Source: Paraspadella gotoi (taxonomy: Eukaryota; Animalia; Chaetognatha). From it: 64,000 bases of DNA. Both the position numbers and the translations under genes were made by a program. The notes below the pieces were generated by a model. It was not told where the DNA came from, ran no database searches, and saw nothing but the letters and a program-made list of their open reading frames with translations. Shown piece by piece: positions 26,101 through 41,513 of this stretch (position 1 is its first letter; every line of letters starts with the position of its first letter). The stretch is from NCBI GenBank assembly GCA_051294375.1, contig CM119270.1:16861904-16925903 (forward strand), written 5' to 3'.

Positions 26101-29100
26101 TGGACCCAAAGCGCAGGACATGGTTATATTTATGACGAAGTGAAATGTTATATTAATCAAAACAATATTGGTGCGAATAGACGAACGTCGAAATCGGGAC
26201 GTTGAGTTCTAGGTAGTCTGTGGGGTTTCTTTAATTAACACTCTCTCGAGACCGTTAGATTCACGTTACCCGCTAATATGAAATCACCTTGGATGGCTAT
26301 ACATGGTATGGTTACATATGTGCTTAGGTCAAATTAGATTTTCGATTTTCTAAAACAGCCGTTATCTAATTTCTTAAAAGAACAAAAGTTTTTGCATGGA
26401 GAAATCTCGTCCCTTAGATTGGTTTTTGTAAAGAGAGTAAACCAAATTGTAGCTTGAAAAAAAAATCACGACAAGACGCGGGCAACGCACAAAAAGAAAA
26501 GAACTCGTGGCGGTAGAGCCGATACCTTGAACAGGGATTCGGAATCATCGTTGTCTAGAGGAATCACTTCTTGGGCAGAAATCCGTTTCTACTAATTTGT
26601 GAGCTTCGATTTTGTTATTATTCTTCATTCAATCATATTTTACATATTCCGTCATTTCTCCGACGTTTACCCGCTTTCTTCTTCTCACTACCCTCCACCC
26701 AACATCCAATTTCCAAAGCCTACTTCATTAGACATTACTAACCCGTGGCCAATCTCGCCACCCAGATAAGAATACGCCAGCCGCATCTTGACACCAGGTC
26801 CTCGTGAATCCCATCCCAGACCTCAGTGCTCATTCAGTGTGCGCCTGCACTGCCAGTCCAGACCTTTTCCTTCTCCTTATCCACCACCCTTCATCAGCAG
26901 CACCCACTCTTCTTTCCCCCCCCGCCAGGAACCAGCCTACCACTCATTGCACCTTTCTTGATCCGCCTCGGGAGCCCGTCGGCGCTGACTGACGGGCCGT
27001 CCGTGCCGCGCGGCAGAATGTTAGGTGAATCCGATCCCGAGATGGCGGCAGAGCGAAAGTCAGGTCGTTCCCGATGTCATCGCTCCGCGAACCAAGCCCT
27101 TGTTTGTTTTTAGTTTCGGTGGAGAGTACCGAGTAGAGGCCAGGGTATCACACGGCAAACAAGGAGAGGGCGTGCAGCAGAGAAGGAGAAGAGAAGACAG
27201 AGAGAGAGGAGAGAGAGATGAACCGAGAAGAGGAGATAAGAGAGGAGTATAGAGGGACGAGAAAGAGAGAGAGAGAGGAGAACAACGTCCAAAACACACG
27301 GTCAAAATAAAAACAACCAAAAAGTCAAGAAACGCCGAACGAGTCNNNNNNNNNNNNNNNNNNNNNNNNNTATATATGAGCAATTTGTTAATTTAATTTT
27401 ATGGCAAACCCATAGTCAATCCATTCTCTGCGATGAAAAAATATCCGTTCTCATTACTTTCTAAATTTTCGAAAATCAGGAGACGAGAAAAAAGCGAAAT
27501 TCGACATCGGAAAGCAGCCCAAGTGCATCCCGGGGACCAATAGCGTCATCTTCGTTATGCCTTCTTCCTCAGCCAGATATCCAGGTATGAAAACTTATAT
27601 TTCTTGTTCAAATATATAAAATAAACTATCAATGAAAATTTGTACAGCTGGTTTCAAACATATTAAGAAAAGTACTTTTTTACGCTCTCCTATCACATGT
27701 CACTGATATCTGTCGTTAATCTTTAGTCCTTGATCATGCTATCGAAAAGTTTCCTTTCGCGCTTTTAAAATTTTTCCCCTATTTTCTATCACTAATCCCT
27801 ATCACTGATCTCTAACAGGCCTTCCTCGTGCTATCGTCGAATCGCACATCCCATTTTTTTCTATCACTAATCCCTATCACCAATCTCTGGCAGGCCTTCC
27901 TCAAAATGCGCTTCCCCTTTTTTCTATCACTAATCCCTATCACCGATCTCTGACAGGCCTTCCTCGTACTATCGTCGAATCGCCATTCCCTTTTTTCTAT
28001 CACTAATCCCTATCACCGATCTCTGGCAGGCCTTCCTCAAAATGCGCTTCCCCTTTTTTTTATCACTAATCCCTATCACCGATCTCTGACAGGCCTTCCT
28101 CGTGCTATCGACAAAGTGCCCTTCTACACGGCTCTGAAGAAACTTCGCGATCACCTGCGAGGAGATCTGCCCGATCTCGATGAGAACGAAGTCGTCTTCC
28201 CCAACATGGATTTGGCCGCGCAACCAGGTTGATTGATTGATTGATTGAATTGATTGAATTTATTGATTGAATTGAATTGAATTGATTGATTGAAATTAAA
28301 ATATTTATTAATTGTTCTAAAGATTGTTTGGTTGATTTGATAGATTCCTTTGATTCATTTAATAAGTGATTTGATTCTTTCATTCATTCATTGATTCATT
28401 GATTGATTGATGGATTGAATGATTGAAAAATTGGTTTGATAAACGAGAACTAGAAAATTGAAATGGTTCTGATTGATTGATTTCGATTGACCACCCGATG
28501 AATACCAATTGATTGATTGACTGACTGATTGACTGTTCTAGCAAATTCTTCTCTCTTTCCACATCCCTTCCTAATTTCCCCCTGCCTCCTGCCCCCGCCA
28601 TTCTCCTATTCCCCCTCATCCTCTTCCTCCTCCTTCTCCTCCTCCTCCCTCTAGATTTTCTGGAGAAGCGGAAACAGCGTCAAGCGGAGAAGCGCGAGGA
28701 GCGTCTGCGGGCGAAAGCGGCGGCTGAAGCGGAGGAAGCGGAGAATCGGAAGCGGAGGATGGAGGCGGAAGCGGGCGGGGGTAAGGGATGGGTTGGGGTG
28801 GTTGAGGTGAGGTAAGGGTGTTTGGGGATGGGTGGCGGTAGAAAGAGGGCTGGGGCTGAGATTTTAAACTCATAAGCTTATAATTTGTAAACTTTCAATC
28901 CATAAACTTTTAATCCACAAGCTTTAATTTATGAGCTTTTAATCTTTTAATCTTTTAATCTTCTAATCTATTTCCACAGCCCCGAATTCTAATCCCGAGT
29001 GGACGGCGAAATCCATGAAACAGGAAATTGTTTATCAGGAGATCGAAAGCAGCGGAATCGCTTCCCCTCATCTCTCAGGTAATAAAGTTCTTTATTACTA

Positions 29101-31036
29101 GTTTACTACTACAGGCTATATGGTATAGTCTATATAAATTGTTCAGCGAAATACTCAATTTCTTTCAAGTAAACATTATTAAGTGCATGATTGAAGTATC
29201 TGTAACAAAAACCCGCTAGCCCTTTTGATATGTAAAGTGAACCTAGAATTTATAAAAACTTATCCATCCCACCAATCAATTCGAATAAATTACTCCAACT
29301 CCATCCCCGCTCCAACTTCCTACAGGCGGAAGCTCCAACTCCCCTGGGGTAATGTGGAGCGACGGGGCGGCTCCACAGCCCTTCACTCCGCCGCCCAACT
29401 CCTCGCCGAGCATCGGGGGTGCCTTGCAGGTTAGGATGGTTGGAAAAGGGTTTCACTTGTTCCTAATTGTCATTTCATTTCTACATGTCATTTCACTTGT
29501 CAATCAAGACATTTTACATGTCCCGTAACACTCCCGTTGTGTCATTTCACTTGTCCCATCTTGCCACATAACTTTTCCACTTCTGTCCCTTCACTTGTCA
29601 TCTCTTTTGACCTCACTTGTCCCATCACGTAAATTCACTTTCCCCATCTTGTCAGTTCACTTTTCCAATCATATCACTTCACTCATATTATCATATCACT
29701 TAAATTGTTCCATCAAGTAGATTTACTTCTTCCATCTCGTCAGTTTACATATCCAATTATCCATTATCCGTTATCCAATCCTTTCATTTCGCTTTACTTA
29801 TTCATGTCTCTTTACTGGTCCAATCCTATCATTTTACTTGTCATATCATGTCACTTCACTTGTCCCGTCTTGTCCCTTCACTTCTCCTGTCATGTCACTT
29901 TATTCGTCCATTCCTGTAACTTCATTTTTCCAACCCTATCATTTCACTCGTCCCATGATATCACTTCACTTTTCCAAACCCTATCATTTCACTCGTCCCA
30001 TGATGTCACTTCACTTTTCCAACCCTATCATTTCACTCGTCCCATGATATCACTTCACTTTTCCAAACCCTATCATTTCACTCGTTCAGAGTCCAACCGA
30101 CTTCGTGAAGACGGAACTCAATCGCATCGACGACATCTACGTCTCTGGACCTCAGGTTAAACCCCCCCCATGAGTATTACTCATCCAATACTAATTTAGT
30201 CCCTCCCCTTTCCACCCCTTCACTCCCCTTTCCCCCAAAACCAGTTTCCCCCTACCACTCACGGCCATCATCAACAACCTCAACAACTCCAGCAACAACA
30301 TCACCCCAATCATCTTCCTCAGCATCATCATCTTCTCCATCATCGGTCCAACGCAGGGTCTAATTCTCCCATCAACAGCGGCGTCGTCCCAAAATCCGAG
30401 TTCAACGCGCTTCTACAGCAACAACAACAACAACAACAACAGCAACAACAACAACAGCGGCATTCGTATTCTCCGTTCACGTTGACGTCTTCGGCTTCGT
30501 CCTCTCCGTCTAGAGGAGGAGGAGGAGGAGGAGCCTACTCCTCGTCCTCCGCCGAGTACGTTTCATCCGCCGCCGCCGCCACCGCCCAGACTGTTCCTTA
30601 CTCTTCGTCGCACCTGACGCCGCCGCAATTCGTGCAGCAACCGCAGCTGCAGCAGCGACTCGCCGTTTCGCCCAGCTACGTCACGCAGCTTCAACAACAG
30701 CAGGTTCAGCATCAACCGATGATGTTGAACGCCGAGTATCAACAGCAACCGCAACATCAGCCCCCGACGTCCCTTCCTCATCATCATCACCATCATCAGC
30801 CGCATCCTCAACAACATCACGCGCATTATTCTCCGTCGCACTTCGATTCTCCTCAACCCCATCAACCACCTCATCCTCAGCAGCCTCACCCCAGCATGTC
30901 TTCCTTCCTCCAAGAACCCGCGCCGTCGGGCGACTTGACTCTTCCCGGAGCGCCCATGTCCTTCTCCGCGCTGCTGAGCAGCGACCTCGATACGGACTTG
31001 CTGATGTACGGACCCGGACTCGACAACTTCGCCTGA
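23174..31036 (+). CDS. TDG: G/T mismatch-specific thymine DNA glycosylase (TDG/MUG, UDG family 2), ~18 exons
   Basis: Exons: 23174-23203, 23285-23320, 23416-23579, 23805-23875, 23964-24000, 24153-24192, 24298-24625, 24692-24715, 24957-25036 ([10 protein letters not shown]), 25241-25376 ([44 protein letters not shown]), 25566-25694 ([10 protein letters not shown]), an exon mostly lost in the gap ending IYEQF (~27372-27386), ~27480-27584 (VMPSSSAR), 28093-28227 ([16 protein letters not shown]), 28655-28780, 28980-29078, 29326-29429, 30090-30155, 30245-31036. Splice phases are consistent except around the gap; the N-terminal exons are less certain. Confidence 0.95.
24445..24590 (+). repeat. Coding 15-bp minisatellite giving (A/T/P)NS(F/L)A pentapeptide repeats in the TDG N-terminus
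   Basis: ..[45 protein letters not shown].. in frame within exon 24298-24625. Confidence 0.85.
27785..28110 (+). repeat. Five-copy tandem array (alternating ~74/63 bp units) containing branch point, 3' splice site and exon start
   Basis: 'tatcactaatccctatcac..atctct..cag|gccttcctc' with AG ends at 27818, 27893, 27956, 28029 and 28092. Confidence 0.95.
29927..30089 (+). repeat. 44-45 bp tandem repeat x~3.7 ending at a TDG acceptor, embedded in a degenerate TTTCACTTGTC-rich intron
   Basis: Unit 'ttttccaaccctatcatttcactcgtcccatgatatcacttcac'; the last copy ends 'ctcgttcag|'. Confidence 0.9.
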
Positions 31037-31994
31037 GTCCGTCCGTCCGTCCGTGGTCAGGAAGAGGGCTCGTGACGGGACGAACAACGGACGTACGGAC
31101 GTTCGAACATGGAACAGTGTACGGATCGGAACATTTTTTTTTGTTGAGTCTTCATCATCTTCATCATCTTCGTCTGATTCAAGATGGCGGCCGGGCGACT
31201 CGACGTCTCTCTTTGTTCGTTCGTTTGTTTTATTTATAAAATCACTGAACAACAACGACGACGACAAAGAAATTCAAGTCTTCCGCGCCCTGAACCGTGA
31301 ACGGGGTTTATTTAAATTAATTTTAGTCAATTAATTCCATTAATGTGCAATTCCAATTGACGAGTCGGAGGTGGAGCCGCCGGCGACGGAGACGAATCCA
31401 TGACGCGACATTTAAGTCTCTCACGTGAACTGATCATGTGACTCTTCTTTCACAGACCATGACCCTTTAAGCGGGGAGGAGGGGGCCAGGGTGAAAAGAG
31501 AATTATTTTTTATTAACTAAAACAATTTCACAAAACCTTCGCGCATTTTCGCCGCGTTTATTGTCCCTATCGCAATCTTATCACTCACGATTTTAAAAAA
31601 CGTCGCTGCGTTATTAGATTGCCTTGCGGCGGTTTCTCGATGCTCTTGCAGATAAACAGTTGCCGCATCGGCGATGCAGTAATGCAGTAATACAGCTATG
31701 CATTATCGTTAACAACCGGGCACCGTCCTTTGCTCTCATGAATATTGGCCTTATCAGATTCTAAAAATAACTCCGACTGGGATTTGCAATTTTAACTTCT
31801 TTTTTTTCTTCTTAATAAATTCGTTGTGCAATAAAAAAAATGCTACTAACGAACGTTTTTGCTGAAACCATGTCTTCTAGTCGGTTCGAAGCGTGAAATA
31901 GTATTGCCTTCTTTTTTTTACAACAATAGATTTATTATTTTTATCTTTGTCACATTGACTTAAAAATCGAAAACAAAATTTTATTCTCTCTCTC

Positions 31995-32059
<65 letters not shown>

Positions 32060-33979
32060 ACAATTAGATTTCAGTCGTCACAATTAAGCAAAAACCTCAG
32101 AACGCGCGCGAGAAAGAATTCCGATTTTCACAAAGCTATATGTACATTTTTTTTTTATTTTTTAACTAATACTTCATTTTTATAAAAAAAAAATACTAAA
32201 AAACTTTCGGATAGCGAAAGGATGTCGAGGTGCACTAGCGTGCCGTACTCAATGTAACGTTTCGTACCGTACTCACTGTACTTAGAAGGAATGAGAAAGA
32301 GTGATTCATTGCTCGGTTCCCCTGAAATCAAAGTGCCATATCTCTTGTGAAGAACCGCCGTAGATTTTTTCTTGTTTTCCTTTTTTTTTAATTCTCTAAA
32401 TTTCTTGCATTTTGTTACACATAGTCGAAATTTTTAACAAAACGAGATTAACCAAATATTTTTTTTTTAATTTTAAAACAACTGCTACTAAAAATTGTTT
32501 TTTTAAATTGTATCTAGGTTTAAATAAGCAAAAAAAATTAATTGTGCAAAAAAAAATTGGAAGACGAATCTCTTTAAAAAATCACAATCCGCCATGACAG
32601 AACCTGCTTTGTTTTTTTTTCGGCTGTTGCATGTGCTACACAGTGATGGTAAATATGACATTGCTAACAAACGAATTCATTTTATTTACTCTTAATTTGC
32701 TGAAATCTTTCTATCTTTCTTAGATGTTCAATTGTTTTCAAGTTATAATATTTAAAGCGCCATATCGCGATTGTTAAGTTATTTCTTTGACAGAAATAAG
32801 TTTAATTTTAAATAAGAATTTCGTCAAGGTAAATAAGAGAATTGTTTTTATCTTAGTATTGGTGAATATTACTACTATTTCACTTTCGTCTTCCTTATCA
32901 ACGGACACTACCGTCTCATTTACTACATCATATCATAATGATCTGATTTTAAAAAATATTTCAATTTATTCTGAACTTCTGATCTTTTTTAGAGCTATAT
33001 TTGGGTAAAATACGTACAAAATGACATTATTTAGAGTAAATTTGCTATTTTTGATGCACCGTGTCCTTATCTAATACTAGTGACGTTATGAAATTTTTTT
33101 TTATCAAAGTTGCCACGGATTATACATCATTATAATATTATTTTAATACTTTAACGACTCGATGCCCTATACAGCCACAGGGATTTAACATTAGTTTCTT
33201 TGGTCGATCTCTCTCGAGAAAAAGAGAAAAACGCTATCAGTTTTTTGCTTATATCCTAAAGTTTGCCTAAAACGAAAACAAAAGCACTCACCGATCTTAC
33301 AACATACGTGATGATATCTATATTAATTAACCAGAAGTAGCGTTTGCTTTGCCGCTATTCTTTTTTGCAATCACCATTTTACAACAAACAACTTACAAAT
33401 TAGTTTATATTTAAGTACTTATTTTGTTGTTATTATTTGTGTCATTCAAGAAAGATGTCCCGTAGTCGAAGTAAATAAATAGTAAAAAAAAAGAAACTTT
33501 TTCACTCGTGAGCACATCTGTCTGTATTCATTACTTAATCGCGGAATTCTCATCTTTCCTGAAAAAAAAAAAGAAGTTTTGCATGATATTTTTTTTTTCA
33601 AATTTGACAATCTATCATCTGTTTGCTCGTTTGTTTTGAACAAAATTTTTAAGGAATGTTTTCTGTGCATTTTAAAAGGTTGCGTAAAACGAAATGAAAA
33701 TATTAAAAACATGGTTGACTTGCAATTTTAGATTTTTGTGTTTTCATTTTTTTTAATGGAACCCGTTTCGAGTGGAACAGAGAGTTAAGCAGTAGAATTT
33801 GTTTTTAATTAGTCAAGAACATTTACTTACTTTAAATTTGAATAGTGCAAAGGGGAAATAAATTTATTGTAATTTTTAATTCCATTATTTCGACACAAAT
33901 ATTTTGTCAAACACATACAAACACACATATGAATATTTTAAAAGAAAAGAAGGCATAACCGTTAATCAAGCAAGCGGTA

Positions 33980-34195
33980 GAGCAACCAATCAAGCGAACC
34001 AAGCAAACCAACCAAGCGACGGTTGCCGACTCATCCATCTCGTGACAACTTTCGCCACACGAGCCAACCCGCAAAAACTTTCCCCGTCTGACCTGACAAG
34101 AGAAGAATTTCCCCGATCTCCACTCTCCGTCTGATAAATGGGCCAATCACGAGGCTCATTTCGGCCTTACCCGGAGAAATATTCGACCAATCAGA
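33980..34195 (+). promoter_or_regulatory. CCAAT-box cluster, probable promoter of the Ena/VASP gene
   Basis: RCCAATCA at ~33985, ~34142 and ~34186, upstream of a GTAAG donor at 34470 (likely 5'UTR exon) and ~1 kb from the ATG. Confidence 0.5.
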
Positions 34196-34469
34196 AACGA
34201 GAGCCGGCCCTGCGCCAAGTCATGCGTCGANNNNNNNNNNCCGGTGCGGGGTTACGTTTTCGAAGAGGGGCCAAGAGGAGGAAGAGTCTCCTTCGATCCT
34301 CCGATGGAAGGAAGGGATGAGGATCGAATATATGTTGAGGTCTAGAGACAAAGAAGAGCAGACAGAGGATGAGGGAGAGGATAAGCCGTAAAAACAAAGG
34401 AAAAAGAAGAAAAAAGAAATAAAAGGAAAAAAAGAAAAAGAGAAATAATGCCCGCAGGCATGCATGTCG

Positions 34470-34515
<46 letters not shown>

Positions 34516-34929
34516 ATAGAAAGGGAGGTCATTTTTAAAGCCTTATACCATTTCGCATTCCCGAGTCAAAAAAGGGTCGCGTTTCAGTTTTCGTAATTCT
34601 GTCTCGTCCTGACCGCGATGGACCAAAAAAACCAAAAAAAATCTGCGCTCAAAGTTTAAAATTGAATGAATGATAAAAGGGGGATAAAAAGGCCGGTGGA
34701 TTTTTTCCCTTCCTTTTAATTACTTAAGGTATTTTTCTTTATTTCCTACTTCAATTACCGGACAACTTTTTTTTTCGCTCTCACGCAAGGAAGATTAAAA
34801 ACACGAGATTCAGACAAACGAATTAAAGGAAAAAAAATCTCGAAAGTTTATTTTTCCAAGATAAAAAAAAGGAAAGTACACAAAACCAAAGAGAAAAACT
34901 CCTCTCTCTCTTCTCTTCTCTTCTCCTCT

Positions 34930-34986
<57 letters not shown>

Positions 34987-35233
34987 TCTCTCTCTTCTCT
35001 CTCTCTCCACGAATTGTTCCCAGAAAAAGGGTTATTTGCATCGCCAAAAACTCTCGACCTGGTTTTTAGTCACGATTTCACTTCGCGTCAACAAAATCAA
35101 AAAAATCTCCAGATTCGAAGAAAACAGAAAAAAACTCTCTACGAAATTAGACGAAATCCAACGCTTTAATTATCCCCCTCCCCCCCCCAAAAAAAAACAA
35201 AACAAAAAAACAGTTTGCATCTTTGACCGAAAG

Positions 35234-38316
<3,083 letters not shown>

Positions 38317-39269
38317 AATGCAGTACGTGACGAATTAGGCTGGTCATAAAGAATCTCATTCGTGCTGCGGGCGAAAATGCCGTCAGATCAATTTCCCCCC
38401 CCCCAAAAAAAAAAATAATCATTCTCGATGATATTTCAATTTTGAAATTAAACCAAATCATCCACCTCATTTTCTAATCGTCTCATCATTGCACTTTTTT
38501 TTTATCATCTATTTTAAATGTCGCTAATCTATCTTTCGCAATTTCTTTTTTGTTTTTTGACTTTTTTGCTCAATTTCGAGCCATTGTGCCTTTAAAACCA
38601 CCCGATAAATATTCCGATGTATCCAGGTTAAAATTATCTTTCTAAAACTGATTTTTTAAAAAAATTGTATTGGAATTTTGTTACTGCTCACTTTTTTCTT
38701 TTATTCGTTTTTAGTTTTTAATTCACATTGAAAAACATTTGACTAATTTTATAATTTTTCTATTGATTAATTGTAATAAAATTATCGTTTCAATTTTGTT
38801 TTTTAAGTTTTTACTGTTTCAATAGAATTGGAGTCTATTGCCTTCGGCAGACCTTGACAAACTTTTCTAGTTAAAGCATTTGATAACGTAAACCTTTTAT
38901 TAAAGTTTACAAATTGTAAGGTACTCGATTTAGAAAGCAGCGTAAACATGTTCTGATTAACCTAATCTTCTTAATTCTTCATAGCAGAAACACAAAAAGA
39001 AAGCCCAAGGAAAAGTCGAATCTTTCACTTTCTTCAGTCAATGTCCCATTTTCAAATTTGTTTATCTTGAACGGTCTTTCGCAACTCGTCTGGCTGACGA
39101 AAGGGCTACATCTACCGGACATGCGGACAGGGGGTGAACGATTGGTCAAACGTCGACCGAAAGCCCATTTGATCGGATCGTTGGAGGATCTGATTTGTAA
39201 TCTTACTCGGTCGAAGGCCAAAGATGGAGAAGAAATCTCTCTCTNNNNNNNNNNNNNNNNNNNNNNNNN

Positions 39270-40228
39270 CCCGCCGCGCCAGCTCCTCCCTCCTCTCCCC
39301 CCGCCTCCTCCGCCACCGCCAGCGCCGGCACCGCCGACCGCCCGGCGCCGCCAACCGCACGACGGCGCCGCCGCGGCGCCAAAAACGGCGTCTTTCGCCG
39401 ATCAACTGGCGTCGAAACAGTTGAAAAAAGACGGGAGACGGCGGCGGTGGCGCCGGACTGAAGAGCGCCGCTTCGCCGCTGGCCAAGACGAACGCCGGTC
39501 CGCCTCGAGATTTTCTCGGAAACTCATGCGAGAGACAGAGGAAGCAAGACGATTCAGGAGAGAGACTAGCAGGGAGGAACGGGGTTGAAGGAGGAGGAGG
39601 AGGAGGGAGGAGGAGGTGCTGGGAAAGTGATCAACTCAGAGCGAACAAAGCTCAGATTTTTCGCCGATGACTCTGAAGAGGAATTTTAGGTGGAGGAATC
39701 AGATTAATCTTAGCGTGCTGACAGGCATGTATAGCGGGAATACATTGTATAGATTGTATACATTTATACGATTGTATACATGCACCCTATGGCAATCTTA
39801 ATCAGTAAGCAATCGATGTGCTACAATATGCCGAAAAGTGATTTTCAATTATTTCCGTTGATCGAACGAAAAAAAGTATGTATGCTCTCTTTGTTAAGAA
39901 AAGAGAAGCCTTACTTCATAATTATTGTTTTAGATCTCGGAGAAATGAACGCGGATTCTGGAATCAGAGTGAAATGCAGAAACAGAACGATCTGAGTAAG
40001 CAAGCTTGAAAATCATGATATTTTCAGCAATTGTTTATGCAATCGTTGTTCTTAATTTTCTTTTTCAGGCTGTTCGACTCGCAAACGTGGCTCTACCGCA
40101 TCCACTTGTTCTTTTGTCACCCTCGCCGCGATTTGGACCGAATGAAGCAAAGAATTCTCGATTGAAATGCGAGGGGAAATGCGGAAAAATGCAGACGAGA
40201 TACTGGGCGCCATTCAGGCCTGAGATGA
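39270..40228 (+). other. Second, indel-ridden copy of the Ena/VASP 3' exons (probable haplotype/assembly duplicate)
   Basis: Starts at an N gap and is co-linear with 37373-38316, introns included. Confidence 0.85.
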
Positions 40229-40852
40229 AATGCAGTACGTGACGAATTAGGCTGGTCATAAAGAATCTCATTCGTTGCTGTCGGCGAAATGCCGTCAGAT
40301 CAATTCCCCCCCCCAAAAAAAAAAAATCATTCTCGATGATATTTCAATTTTGAAAATTAAACCAAATCATCCACCTCATTTTCTAATCGTCTCATCATTG
40401 CACTTTTTTTTATCATCTATTTTAAATGTCGCTAATCTATCTTTTCGCCAATTTCTTTTTTTTTTTTGACTTTTTGTGCTCAATTTCGAAGCCATTGTGC
40501 CTTTAAAAACCACCCGATAAATATTCGATGTATCCAGGTTAAAATTATTTTTCTAAAACTGATTTTTTTAAAAAATTGTATTGAAATTTTTGTTACTGCT
40601 CACTTTTTTTTTTATTCGTTTTTAATTCACATTGAAAAACATTTGACTAATTTTAAATTTTTCTATTGATTAATTGTAATTAAAATTATCGTTTCAATTT
40701 TGTTTAAGTTTTTAGTGTTTCAATGAGTTGGAGTCCATTGCCTTCGGTAGACCTTGACAAACTTTTCTATGTTAAAAGCATTTGATAACGTATAACCTTT
40801 TATTAAAGTTTACAAATGTAAGGTACTCGATTAGAAAGCAGCGTAAACATGT

Positions 40853-41513
40853 ATTCTTGAAATTCTACAATCTTAAACTTTAATGAAACACTAAAGAAGC
40901 CAAGGAACGAACTAACATTATACTACATAACATTTAGTAATTAAAAAAATTTATTATACAAATTTTACAATTATTAGCAGTAGAGGCCATATTATTATAC
41001 TAGTACTAATCTTAATTAAATGTTTAAAATTTCAAAACAGTTTTTTTCTTTAGATTTTTTTGCAGATTTTGGATTCGTCATAAAAAGTTGTATAAAAATA
41101 ATGTAACTCTTTTTAAAAATTCCTTCATTTAAGTGGGTAAAAAAATTAGAAAAGCTATATTTTTAAGCTGAAAAATTAACTTTTTAGTATATCAAATATA
41201 GTTTTTTTTTGAAATTTTTAAACCCACTTAATTGAAAGAATTTTTCAAAAAATGGCTTATATTTTCTTTTATCAACATTTTGCATGAAGGAAATTCAAAT
41301 CTTGCAATCAAAATTAAGGAAAAGCCTATGATTAAAATTTTTCAATTTTATCAAGGATAGTACTATTTATATAAAATATAGTGCCTACTGCGAAAACTTG
41401 AAAGAACATAAAATAAATTTTTTTACAAATTAATATTTACTGATGAATATGTTGTTTCATAATTGACATTTAGAATTTTTGTATGTAATTTCTACTTACG
41501 GCACTTAGTAACG
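40853..41513. mobile_element. AT-rich foldback (long inverted-repeat) insertion, MITE/Foldback-like
   Basis: Absent at the homologous sites ~38950 and ~44750. The arms are reverse complements, e.g. 'aaaaattccttcatttaagtgggt' (~41115) vs 'acccacttaattgaaagaattttt' (~41222). ATGT flanks both ends. Confidence 0.75.

Noticed and set aside
27785-28110. CRISPR-like repeat-spacer array
   Set aside because: Eukaryotic intron, the 'spacers' alternate between two repeated variants, and there are no cas genes.
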